A stretch of 64,000 nucleotides of DNA from Fibrobacteria bacterium. GTDB taxonomy: Bacteria > Fibrobacterota > Fibrobacteria > UBA11236 > JADFYW01. The stretch spans positions 67,639 to 131,638 of the forward strand of contig JBNKOC010000027.1 in assembly GCA_050294405.1 (NCBI GenBank), in the 5' to 3' direction. A program made the translations under genes and the position numbers. Positions 50,214 through 58,995 of this stretch are shown here, piece after piece. The notes under the pieces were generated by a model. It ran no database searches. It saw nothing but the letters and a program-made list of their open reading frames with translations, and was not told the origin of the DNA. Within the stretch, counting starts at the first letter, position 1. The number at the start of each line of letters is the position of its first letter.

Positions 50214-50798
50214 ATGATGAGCGCAAAAGAAATATATAGTATCACCGCTATAATTCTTACTTTTGTAGGTTTTTATCCATATATCACATCTATACTTCGC
50301 GGAAAAACCAAACCCCATGTTTTTTCCTGGGTAATTTGGGGTGTTACCACTACTGTTGTTTATGCCGCCCAAGTGGCGGACCATGGCGGCGTTGGGGCCT
50401 GGCCAACCGGCATTTCCGGGCTCATAACATTTTATGTGGCCTGGTTAGCCTATAAACATAAGTCAGATACCCATATAAGCCGTAGCGATTGGGGCTTTTT
50501 TATTACTGCCCTTTTATCCATCCCCCTTTGGTATATTACCTCTTCCCCGCTTTGGTCGGTAATTATCCTTACCTCCATTGACGGAATCGGCTTTATCCCC
50601 ACTTATCGAAAAGCATTTATTCTTCCCCACGAAGAACAGATCACATTTTATGGATTATTTACATTTCGAAATATATTTTCCATCCTTGCCCTGGAAAATT
50701 TTTCAATAACCACTTTGCTTTTTCCTGTGGTAACTGCCATAGGCTGCATCCCCTTAATGTTTATGATATATTGGCGTAGGAAGTTGGCTGAGATTTAA
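50214..50798 (+). CDS. Hypothetical polytopic membrane protein (~6 TM)
   Basis: Hydrophobic helices run throughout. No family was recognised. The ATG at 50214 is preferred over the TTG at 50205. Confidence 0.45.
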   Translation: MMSAKEIYSITAIILTFVGFYPYITSILRGKTKPHVFSWVIWGVTTTVVYAAQVADHGGVGAWPTGISGLITFYVAWLAYKHKSDTHISRSDWGFFITALLSIPLWYITSSPLWSVIILTSIDGIGFIPTYRKAFILPHEEQITFYGLFTFRNIFSILALENFSITTLLFPVVTAIGCIPLMFMIYWRRKLAEI

Positions 50799-50909
50799 AA
50801 GTTCGTCCATTCTGAACCATTTTTCCCAAATTGTCAAAATAATTTTAGTTTTGAATTTTGGTTTTTCGGTTTATATTAAAATAGACTCAATTTTCAGGAA
50901 AAACAAAAA

Positions 50910-51668
50910 ATGAATATTCGATGGATCGTACTTAGCCTTCTTGGTGTTTTTTTGGCAACTGTTTCAGTTAGTGGACAAGATGGTAAAAATTTGGCATATG
51001 AAGTATCTGAAGAATTATTACCCCCTGACTCTTTGATTCAGAAATTTCAATCCGATATCGCCTTAATAAAAACGGCTTATCCCGAAATAAAAGATATTCA
51101 CAAGTATTATGACTGGATTCCAGGAACTATTACTATTTGGTTTTCTGATACAGCTAGCCTTAAATACCAAAACAATCAACTCCCGGAATTTGACAGTTTA
51201 AACAATGCCTTAGGTATTGTGGAAATAATAGAATTAAATTCACTCAAAGAAATCCAGCTAATATTTTCTAAAGAATATAATCCTATATTTTTAATTCCTT
51301 TATATAATGATATTTCTGGTGTGCGCCCAAGTTTAGTTGATTCTGGCTACAATTTCTCAGGAACTAACATTAGCTATAAAAATGAAATTTACACTTTTGA
51401 ACAAGGCTGGGGAGATTGCCCGGCGGGCTGCATTTATGCACATTTTTGGGATTTTAAAGTTGAGGGGGGTGCTGTCACCCTCCTGGACTCCTATGGAAGT
51501 CCACTTTCCACTTCCCCTTATCCAACTTCAGCAAAGAGCAAGTTAGTGTCCGGTCCAAATATTACTTCATCTGAGAATAAATGGAGAGTTACCATAAATA
51601 AAAGCCATGGAGAAAATTTTAAATCTTTTCTTATAAATGGAGTTCTTTACCAACAAATAAATCGGTAA
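50910..51668 (+). CDS. Hypothetical secreted protein
   Basis: It has a signal peptide (IVLSLLGVFLATVSVSG). No motif was recognised. Confidence 0.45.
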   Translation: MNIRWIVLSLLGVFLATVSVSGQDGKNLAYEVSEELLPPDSLIQKFQSDIALIKTAYPEIKDIHKYYDWIPGTITIWFSDTASLKYQNNQLPEFDSLNNALGIVEIIELNSLKEIQLIFSKEYNPIFLIPLYNDISGVRPSLVDSGYNFSGTNISYKNEIYTFEQGWGDCPAGCIYAHFWDFKVEGGAVTLLDSYGSPLSTSPYPTSAKSKLVSGPNITSSENKWRVTINKSHGENFKSFLINGVLYQQINR

Positions 51669-51669
51669 A

Positions 51670-52167
51670 ATGAAGGAGGTTCATCGGTTCCATGTATTTA
51701 AAGTCTTGCTGTTGGTTTTAATTATATCCACTCAAAGCACTTCCTCCACCCAAACCTTTAAGTTGGATGGACCTTACTTCTCCTTCGGTTACTCCCTAAA
51801 TTTTCATATAAATACCCCAATTATAGTATCCAGTGGGCCTGAGATTTCCATCGGCCGTTTTATAAATAGCCACAAGTTTATGTCCGCTTTACTTGGCCTG
51901 GATTTAACTCATGGAAATCATGATTGGTCTGTAAAATCCAAGCTACAATATGGTTACTACGAAATAGGCTGGTCTGCGGGTCCCTTTCTGGCAAGTCACA
52001 AGGGAAAAAAGAAATTTGGAGCAGACATTGATTTCTGGTTTGGTATGGGGTTATATGGAATGGTAACATATAAATTAAACCCCGCTTACTCTTGGCTCTC
52101 AACTTCTGGTAAAATAAAAACCGGTTTTCCCCTCTGCATGTTTTCTAATTTTTGCACCGCAAATTAG
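51670..52167 (+). CDS. Hypothetical secreted/outer-membrane protein
   Basis: It has a signal-like N-terminus and a Gly/aromatic-rich sequence. It starts 1 nt after the upstream stop. Confidence 0.4.
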   Translation: MKEVHRFHVFKVLLLVLIISTQSTSSTQTFKLDGPYFSFGYSLNFHINTPIIVSSGPEISIGRFINSHKFMSALLGLDLTHGNHDWSVKSKLQYGYYEIGWSAGPFLASHKGKKKFGADIDFWFGMGLYGMVTYKLNPAYSWLSTSGKIKTGFPLCMFSNFCTAN

Positions 52168-52212
52168 TACTCCCATTTTTACAGCTTTGGTGGATAAACT
52201 CTATTTCCACCT

Positions 52213-53433
52213 TTATCTACCAACATCAACAGCGTTGCCAATCACTGCAAAATCATTTTTAATGCGAATATTTGTTACAGCTTCTCCCAGTTGTTGCTGC
52301 TTGCGTGTCCAGGGAGAGTCGAAAAGGCTAAGTTGGCCTTCATCTTCACCTCGTTGCGGCACCGCAATAGAAATACGTTTTAGAGCCACACGCCTTGTAT
52401 ACATATTTCCAAAAGCTTCACTTGCCACATTAAGCAAAGTTAAAAAATCATTGCTGGCTTTTACCAATTTTACACTACGCCGAACTGCTTTGCCATCTCC
52501 ATAACGAAGCTCCATTTTTAAGCTTTTTGCTAAAATGTTTTGTTGTTTTAACTCAAAACCAAGCTTATCCACAGTCTGTCGCAATTTCTCTAATAAAAAT
52601 TTAATGTCATTACTGTCTTTGGGAATACTCACATCAACTTGAATGGACTTTTTTGACTGGGATTGTGAAACGTCCTTTTCCGATGTATCTGATATACAAT
52701 GGACCATGGCGTAAAGCTTATTCCCTTCCGGGCCGAAACGCGATAAAATGTGCTGCCGGCTGAGCTTCTGCACCTGGCCTATGGTTTTAAGACCGAAAAG
52801 GTGCAGCCGCTCACGGCATTTTGGGGACAAGCGCGGCAGGAGTGATGAGGGCAGGGAAGCGAGGGTAGATTCTTCCTTATCTGCCGCGCAGAGGTTCAAC
52901 CGTCCCGGCAAGGCCAACCGGGATAAAACTTCAGCCACCAGACGGGAATGGGAAATACCCACTGCCACATCAAAGAAACTGAGATGTTTTTTTAAGTCCA
53001 TCTGGAAAAGCCGCCCCATATCTTCCATGTTATGACTTCGAAAAAGAGGCGTGCCTGTTAAGTTTAAAATAGTGGTGGAATTATAACCGATTTCAAAAGA
53101 AGGTGTGTACCATTGGCACAGCAAACTCAGTTCCCCTTCCAGGTTAGCTTCAGCAGCTTTATCTCTGGCCCAGGGCACAATCAGCGAGCTTTTTCGCCGG
53201 GCAATAAAAAGGGGCATTCCCGCTTCAACTCCCATGGCTCGTGCCAGAGGAGATACGGCTAGAATGCTGGTTTTGTGACTTTCTTCTTCCTGCTCCACTA
53301 CCACAAAGGGTTCTTTGCGAAGAAGAGGATACATGGACCAAAGGGCTTGAGCAGAAAATTCCGGAAAACGGAGCACAGCAAACAACTCTTTTTTAACATC
53401 AAGCTTTTTAGGCTGCTCGTAAATTGTTAACAT
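52213..53433 (-). CDS. imuB: ImuB-like Y-family polymerase homologue lacking catalytic carboxylates
   Basis: The Y-family fold pattern has LRFPEFSAQAL where DMDAFFASVE is expected. It also has LPSSLLPRLSPKCRERLHLFGLKTIGQV (HhH/little finger). It lies immediately downstream of dnaE2 and overlaps it by 26 nt. Confidence 0.72.
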   Translation of the reverse strand: MLTIYEQPKKLDVKKELFAVLRFPEFSAQALWSMYPLLRKEPFVVVEQEEESHKTSILAVSPLARAMGVEAGMPLFIARRKSSLIVPWARDKAAEANLEGELSLLCQWYTPSFEIGYNSTTILNLTGTPLFRSHNMEDMGRLFQMDLKKHLSFFDVAVGISHSRLVAEVLSRLALPGRLNLCAADKEESTLASLPSSLLPRLSPKCRERLHLFGLKTIGQVQKLSRQHILSRFGPEGNKLYAMVHCISDTSEKDVSQSQSKKSIQVDVSIPKDSNDIKFLLEKLRQTVDKLGFELKQQNILAKSLKMELRYGDGKAVRRSVKLVKASNDFLTLLNVASEAFGNMYTRRVALKRISIAVPQRGEDEGQLSLFDSPWTRKQQQLGEAVTNIRIKNDFAVIGNAVDVGR

Positions 53434-56400
53434 CGCTATACCTTTCGTATTTTTGAAGTGAGAGAGACAGTTTCTGGGAGGCTAATTCAAAATCCACTAA
53501 ATTGGGATTAAAAGGAAGCATTCGAACGGAATCGGCTTCCAGTGAGTAACTCCCCCAATCCTCAGTTACCTTTCCATAGACTTCGAAATATTTAGAGGAG
53601 GCCAGAGTATCCTGAAAGCGATCCAACACATCGGGCCAAAAAATAACATCCACGTTTTCTGTTTTGTCTTCCAAAGTCAAAAACAGCATATTTTTTTTCG
53701 AATGGGTGATTTCATGAAAACGTTCCGTGACTTGTTTTCCAACTATTTTAATACGCCTTCCCAGATATTGAGGGATTTGGTTAGCGGGTACCGCTCCTTT
53801 GGCTGCAGGATGGAGTTCCAAAACATCCAGCATATTGCCGCTCAATATATAGCCCAAAATTCTCTCCTCATTAAGACATTTTTCCATAAGCGTATAATCG
53901 CTAAGCCCGGGATGCTCCTCGCCAAAATCAGAAGGAAGCCCGCCTGTAAAAAAACTTGGTTTTTTTTCATCACTGCCTGGGTGGAGCACTTCTAACTGAT
54001 ACAAAAGTTCGGGTTGGCTAAGTCCAAGCCCGTCAAAGGCTCCCACCAAAATGAGACTTTCTGTTTCTTTTTTTCCCAAAGAAGTCCTACTTGCAAAATC
54101 CCTCAAAGATCGATATATTCCACTTTCTTTTCTTTCCGCTACAACCTGTTCCATGCTGCGGGAAGACAACCCTCGTACATGCATAAAACCTGGCCTTATC
54201 CAATCGTCTTTCCCATAATATTTGATATCAGAATGGTTGATGTGAAGGGCAAGAATATTTAAACCCCAACGCCTGGCTTCATTTATATAAACATCACGGG
54301 AATAAAAACCATGGCTGTTAGAAATAACCGCCGACAAAAACTGGGCCGGATAATGGGCTTTGAGAAAAGCGCAACGAAAACTAAGCTGAGCATAAGAAGC
54401 AGAATGTGATTTGCAAAAAGAAAAACCGGTAAACGAAGACACCCGAGTCCAAAGCTCTACGGCTTGTTCCAAAGAAAGCCCGCTGGTGGTTTGACAACCC
54501 TCTATAAATTCCCGGGATGTTTCCTCCCACTCCGTCTCGCTGACTTTTCCGTCGTGCAGGGAGTTCATCATCTTGCGAATTTTATCAGCTTTTTTGTAGC
54601 TAAGCCCCGCCACCATATGGCAGGCTTTCGTCACATCTTCCTGAAAGGCAAATACATCATGGGTATCCGGCAAAATGGGCTTTAATGAAGGATGTAAATA
54701 CTCCCAATCCACAATACCCATTTTTTTCTTACGGTGCCGCTCCACAAAAGTTTTGGCATATTCCGCCCCCGCAGGACGCACCAGGCTCGATGTAATGGTA
54801 ATTTCCTCAAAGCTTTGAGCCTGGCACTTTTTATTGAGGCGGGATTGGGCCGGGCTTTCAATGTAAAAAATACCCCGAGTCCGTCCCTGTGAAAGCAAGT
54901 TTTGGACTTTTTTATCCGTATAACATTTTTCCAAATTCCAAACACCGGGATCGGGAAAATGCTGTCGATGTAACTGTTCCAAACTGTCACGTAACACCGA
55001 CAGCGATCCGTTGCCGAGTAAATCGAATTTGATAAGGCCCAATTCGTCAATACCGCTATGCATATCTATTTGAGTGATAACCCGGTTTGTTTCTCCGCCG
55101 CTTCGCTCCAGTGCCACGTGGCGGCAGATGGGCTGGTTGGTGATCAAAAGTCCACCGGGATGTTGTCCTAAAAAACGGGGTCTTCCATTAAGTTGGTATG
55201 ACAAATATTTGAGTTTTTCCAAATCGGCATCTTTTATTTTAAAATTAGTGGTTCGTTCCCTGTCCTGAATCAAACTGATTTCTTCGTCGCTATAGCCATG
55301 CACTTTAGCTACTTCGCGAAAGGCGGCCCGACCGCGAAAACAGTTAGTGGTGCAGGTAATGGCCACCCGCTCTTCTCCAAAACGATGCCGGACATAGTCG
55401 AGAACTTCTTCCCGCTCATCCCAACCAAAGTCCAAATCGGCATCGGGAGGGGAAGCCCTGTCTTCGTTTAAGAAGCGCTGGAAATAAAGTTTTTGGCTGA
55501 TGGGATCCAAACTTCCCACACCCAGATTGTAAAAGCTGATGGAATTGGCGGCACTACCCCTTAATATACAACTATCTCCAGAACGACGGTATCCCCCGGA
55601 AAAATGTTGGCCGGTCCAGTCCCATACATCTTTAACCATTAAGAAATAAGAAGAATACCCCAATTTTTTAATAACATCTAATTCCATTTTCTGGATGTCT
55701 CTTGCTTTTTCATATTCAGCACTACTGCCGTAGTTTTTTTCCAGCCCTTTCAAAGCGAGTTTTTGCAGGTAACTATCCGGTGTAAAGCCCTTGGGAACAG
55801 GAATCTCAGGCATAATCCACTTACCAAATTTAAAAGATACATTGCAGTTATCTGCGATTTTTAAAGTGTTTGAAAGAGCTTCGCAATGGTTTGGAAAAAG
55901 GTCGTACATTTTTTCGGCGCTTCGCAAGTGACTTTCTTTGGGAACCAAATCCTCTTCCTGCAAAAAAGAAAGGGAGGCGTTTAAATCTATGGCCCGTAAA
56001 AGCCTATGTATTTCCCAGTCACTTTGCTCCAGCAAATAAACATCGTTAGTGACAACCATAGGTAGCATTAATTTGCGGGCCCGCTTTTCCAACTCCCGGC
56101 TGCGACAGCGGGTTTTAGGATTATGATTCACAAGCTCAGCATAGAGATTATGCCGGTTAGGGGTTTTGGCCAATGTTTCCAAGGAAAAGATATCGGATGT
56201 AATCCATACTAAATTCGGACGATGTACATTAAAAAATTTGAAAACTTCTTTACTCCCATGTAATTGGCGCTGTGAAATAAGCTCGCACAAATCCCCATAA
56301 CCCTCCAAATTTTTCGCCAGTACCACCGCACTTAAAGAGTTCGCAGAAAGCTCCGCCCCCAGGATAGGCTTGATACCCGCGCCGAGGCAGGCCTTATAAA

Positions 56401-56548
56401 ATGAAATAAGCCCGGACATGCGATTGCAATCGGTTAGGGCCAGCGCCTTAAAACCCAAATTCTTAGCTTTTTCCACTAAATCATCGATTTTAGCCGTTCC
56501 GGCCAGGAAACTAAGCTCGCTATGGACATGCAAATGAACAAAACACAT
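53408..56548 (-). CDS. dnaE2: Error-prone DNA polymerase III alpha homologue DnaE2 (ImuC)
   Basis: The PHP domain starts MCFVHLHVHSELSFLAG. Length is about 1046 aa, typical of DnaE2. It has FCKSHSASYA and an OB-fold C-terminus. The ATG at 56548 is preferred over the TTG at 56557. Confidence 0.92.
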   Translation of the reverse strand: MCFVHLHVHSELSFLAGTAKIDDLVEKAKNLGFKALALTDCNRMSGLISFYKACLGAGIKPILGAELSANSLSAVVLAKNLEGYGDLCELISQRQLHGSKEVFKFFNVHRPNLVWITSDIFSLETLAKTPNRHNLYAELVNHNPKTRCRSRELEKRARKLMLPMVVTNDVYLLEQSDWEIHRLLRAIDLNASLSFLQEEDLVPKESHLRSAEKMYDLFPNHCEALSNTLKIADNCNVSFKFGKWIMPEIPVPKGFTPDSYLQKLALKGLEKNYGSSAEYEKARDIQKMELDVIKKLGYSSYFLMVKDVWDWTGQHFSGGYRRSGDSCILRGSAANSISFYNLGVGSLDPISQKLYFQRFLNEDRASPPDADLDFGWDEREEVLDYVRHRFGEERVAITCTTNCFRGRAAFREVAKVHGYSDEEISLIQDRERTTNFKIKDADLEKLKYLSYQLNGRPRFLGQHPGGLLITNQPICRHVALERSGGETNRVITQIDMHSGIDELGLIKFDLLGNGSLSVLRDSLEQLHRQHFPDPGVWNLEKCYTDKKVQNLLSQGRTRGIFYIESPAQSRLNKKCQAQSFEEITITSSLVRPAGAEYAKTFVERHRKKKMGIVDWEYLHPSLKPILPDTHDVFAFQEDVTKACHMVAGLSYKKADKIRKMMNSLHDGKVSETEWEETSREFIEGCQTTSGLSLEQAVELWTRVSSFTGFSFCKSHSASYAQLSFRCAFLKAHYPAQFLSAVISNSHGFYSRDVYINEARRWGLNILALHINHSDIKYYGKDDWIRPGFMHVRGLSSRSMEQVVAERKESGIYRSLRDFASRTSLGKKETESLILVGAFDGLGLSQPELLYQLEVLHPGSDEKKPSFFTGGLPSDFGEEHPGLSDYTLMEKCLNEERILGYILSGNMLDVLELHPAAKGAVPANQIPQYLGRRIKIVGKQVTERFHEITHSKKNMLFLTLEDKTENVDVIFWPDVLDRFQDTLASSKYFEVYGKVTEDWGSYSLEADSVRMLPFNPNLVDFELASQKLSLSLQKYERYSDVNNLRAA

Positions 56549-56567
56549 ACTGTACAAATGTGCAGTA
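56548..56567 (-). promoter_or_regulatory. Putative LexA/SOS box TACTGCACATTTGTACAGTA; its last base is the A of the dnaE2 ATG
   Basis: It has a CTG-N10-CAG inverted repeat with TACTG/CAGTA arms. The core is TGCAC-N4-GTACA. Its position in front of an SOS mutagenesis cassette fits known LexA regulons. Confidence 0.6.
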
Positions 56568-56585
56568 TTTTTTTATAATAGTCAA
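56557..56585 (-). promoter_or_regulatory. Candidate sigma70-type promoter TTGACT-N17-CACATT for dnaE2-imuB
   Basis: On the minus strand the -35 TTGACT lies at 56585-56580, followed by a 17-nt spacer and the -10 CACATT at 56562-56557. The -10 lies inside the SOS box. Confidence 0.35.
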
Positions 56586-56829
56586 GAGAAATCCTGCGGT
56601 TACAGGGGCAATTTTTGTCCCCTCAAACCGACCTTTAAATTTGAGCCAAAAACAAAGGTAGCCTTTGTGCGCAGCACAGGTTGATGTTAAGAGTCATTTT
56701 ATGGGTTATGTATATGAGATAGGATTCGACTCAGCTTCAGAATAGAGACAAGATTAAGGCACGGCTAAACCAAGGCTCGCACGCTTGGCGCGCCGTTTTT
56801 TATCGGCTAAAGACAAGATATTTAGTGAC

Positions 56830-57756
56830 CTACGCCTCCACTTGCGCCACAGTCTTTCTAAATTCCCGAGGCGATACGCCTTGTATGCGCTTAAAAACCT
56901 TGCTGAATACAAAAGGATCTCCATAGCCCACTCGTTCGGCAATCTTTTCCATGTTATCGTCAGTAGAACGCAATAAATCCATAGCTCTCTGGATACGCAC
57001 TCTTGCTAAGTAGTGGGCGGGAGTATCCCCAGCCAGGCGTTTGAAACGCTGGGCGAAAGCGGCTCGGGAAAGCCCCGATGTTTTTGCCAGAGTTTCCAAA
57101 TTCCATTCTTGTTCTGGCCTGGCGTGGATATTTTCAATGGCGCGGCTAAGAGCTTTATCCTTAAATACCTGGCCCCAATGAGCAACTTCACCCCCTTGTT
57201 TGTGAACCTGGCGGGTTAACCAGTCCCTAAGAATATAATGAAACATAACATCTACCAGAGCCTTAACTACGGATTCGCTTCCCTGTCCTTCCTGAGAAAG
57301 CTCTGCAGACATCAATTGCTGGGTCGCATACAAAGGACTGTGCGCAGGAATATCTCCAGCGCGAATCACAATCCATTCTGGAAGCTCGTTAAAAAGTGGA
57401 TGTATGGGAGGAGTCTGGAATTGATATAATCCTGCCACGATAACAGCCAGGGGAGAAACATCAGATTCTTCCGACACACTGGAGGTTGTAGGGCATTCAT
57501 CCACAGGTTCAAGGGAAGGGTGGGTAGCAATTACATGTTCAAAACCCCGTTTAATTAAAATAACATCTCCCCGTTCGAGCTTTACAGCTTCCTCAAATTT
57601 GGGAGCGTTAATGTAAGCACTACCGTGAGTTATAATATGAAAACCCATGCTGCGCTCACAGGGAAAACGCATGGACCAGGGTTTGTAAAAAGCCCGACGC
57701 AAAAGCAGGGATTTTCGAAGGCCAGCCGAGTTTAAAATGTCCGTTAAAACATCCAT
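56830..57756 (-). CDS. AraC-family transcriptional regulator with an N-terminal cupin-like domain
   Basis: The C-terminal AraC HTH pair is LETLAKTSGLSRAAFAQRFKRLAGDTPAHYL...IAERVGYGDPFVFSKVFKR. The ATG at 57756 is preferred over the TTG at 57774. Confidence 0.87.
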   Translation of the reverse strand: MDVLTDILNSAGLRKSLLLRRAFYKPWSMRFPCERSMGFHIITHGSAYINAPKFEEAVKLERGDVILIKRGFEHVIATHPSLEPVDECPTTSSVSEESDVSPLAVIVAGLYQFQTPPIHPLFNELPEWIVIRAGDIPAHSPLYATQQLMSAELSQEGQGSESVVKALVDVMFHYILRDWLTRQVHKQGGEVAHWGQVFKDKALSRAIENIHARPEQEWNLETLAKTSGLSRAAFAQRFKRLAGDTPAHYLARVRIQRAMDLLRSTDDNMEKIAERVGYGDPFVFSKVFKRIQGVSPREFRKTVAQVEA

Positions 57757-57895
57757 ATTTGAAATATAGCACAAAATGTCAAAAAAAATTATTAAAAATA
57801 CGAATTGACATAAATTAAAGACTTATACCCATTTTTAATCTCGGATAATTTCATAAATTATTCATAGATAAATTTAAACTCATGGAGGAAAAAGC

Positions 57896-58768
57896 ATGTC
57901 AAACTCAAAAACGGATAAGATTTTAGTAGTAGGCGGTACTGGAACCGTCGGCTCTGAAGTGACTTCCCAATTAAAAAAAGAGGGGTATCAGGTTCGCATT
58001 ACCAGCAGCAAACCCAGCCAAAACCCAGAAGCCGTACAGGTGAATTTAATTAGCGGCGAAGGTCTGGAGGCTGCATTTTCCGGAATTGACCGCGCCTTTT
58101 TTCTTTCCCCCGGAGGGTACGCCGATCAGTACCAAATGTTAGCGCCCCTTATTGAAAAAGCAAAAGAAAACAAACTTAAAAAAGTGGTACTAATGAGCGC
58201 CATGGGTGCGGAACAAAACGCCGAATCGCCTTTACGTCGCGCCGAAGTTTTGCTTGAAAATTCTGGTCTTGCCTACAACATCATCCGGCCCAGCTGGTTT
58301 ATGCAAAACTTTAACAGCTTTTGGGTTTATAACATCCAGACTCAAAACCAAATCCGTTTACCAGTGGCTGATGGAAAAACTGGTTTTATCGACACCCGGG
58401 ATATTGCAGCAGTGGCCGCCAAGTTACTCACATCCGATAAACATAATAACGAGGCTTTCGGACTAACCGGACCTGAATTGCTGGACCACAGCCAGGTGGC
58501 AGAGTTAATTTCCAATGCAGCCGGAAGAACTATTGAATTCATAGACATCGATCCTGAAGAACTAAAACAAACCTTATTAGGCATTGGCTTACCCGCGGAT
58601 TACACCGAATTTCTATTGCTGATTCTTGGTTTTTTGAAAGCAGGATACAGCGCAGTACTGACAAATTCAGTTCAGGACATCCTGGGCAGAGAACCGATTT
58701 CTTTCAAGCAATACGCTGAAGATTATAAAAACGCCTGGAAAGCGGCCAAAGAATTAAGCCCGTCTTAA
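57896..58768 (+). CDS. NmrA-like / atypical SDR NAD(P)H-binding oxidoreductase
   Basis: ILVVGGTGTVGSEV Rossmann motif and IIRPSWFMQNF. It is divergent from the AraC gene. The RBS is GGAGG. Confidence 0.83.
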   Translation: MSNSKTDKILVVGGTGTVGSEVTSQLKKEGYQVRITSSKPSQNPEAVQVNLISGEGLEAAFSGIDRAFFLSPGGYADQYQMLAPLIEKAKENKLKKVVLMSAMGAEQNAESPLRRAEVLLENSGLAYNIIRPSWFMQNFNSFWVYNIQTQNQIRLPVADGKTGFIDTRDIAAVAAKLLTSDKHNNEAFGLTGPELLDHSQVAELISNAAGRTIEFIDIDPEELKQTLLGIGLPADYTEFLLLILGFLKAGYSAVLTNSVQDILGREPISFKQYAEDYKNAWKAAKELSPS

Positions 58769-58815
58769 TTAAATAGGTTATACATTATTTTTATACCGGT
58801 TTATTTTTCTAATGT

Positions 58816-58842
58816 ATCCCCCGTTTGCGGGGGATTTTTTTT
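58816..58842 (+). terminator. Rho-independent terminator after the NmrA-like gene
   Basis: ATCCCCCG-TTTG-CGGGGGAT forms a perfect 8-bp GC-rich stem. An 8-T run follows. Confidence 0.8.
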
Positions 58843-58995
58843 ATCTGTAATTTTTCTTACGATTTTTGCCTAAAAAAGGCGCAATTCCCCAAATTTCCTG
58901 GAGGAAGACAAAAATACCTGCCTAATTTGCGAATGTCGGCCTGCTCAAAAAAATATAAATTGCCTAAGAGAGCTTGAATCAACTTGGATGCATAC

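Noticed and set aside
51670-52167. PagL-like lipid A deacylase
   Set aside because: The size and beta-barrel-like composition fit. However, the C-terminal ...CMFSNF... lacks the His of the H-x-S-N catalytic motif.
56785-56976. Plus-strand 63-aa ORF overlapping the AraC gene 3' end
   Set aside because: It is antisense to a well-supported AraC HTH region and has no RBS. Its Arg/Leu-rich translation is typical of reverse-frame artefacts.
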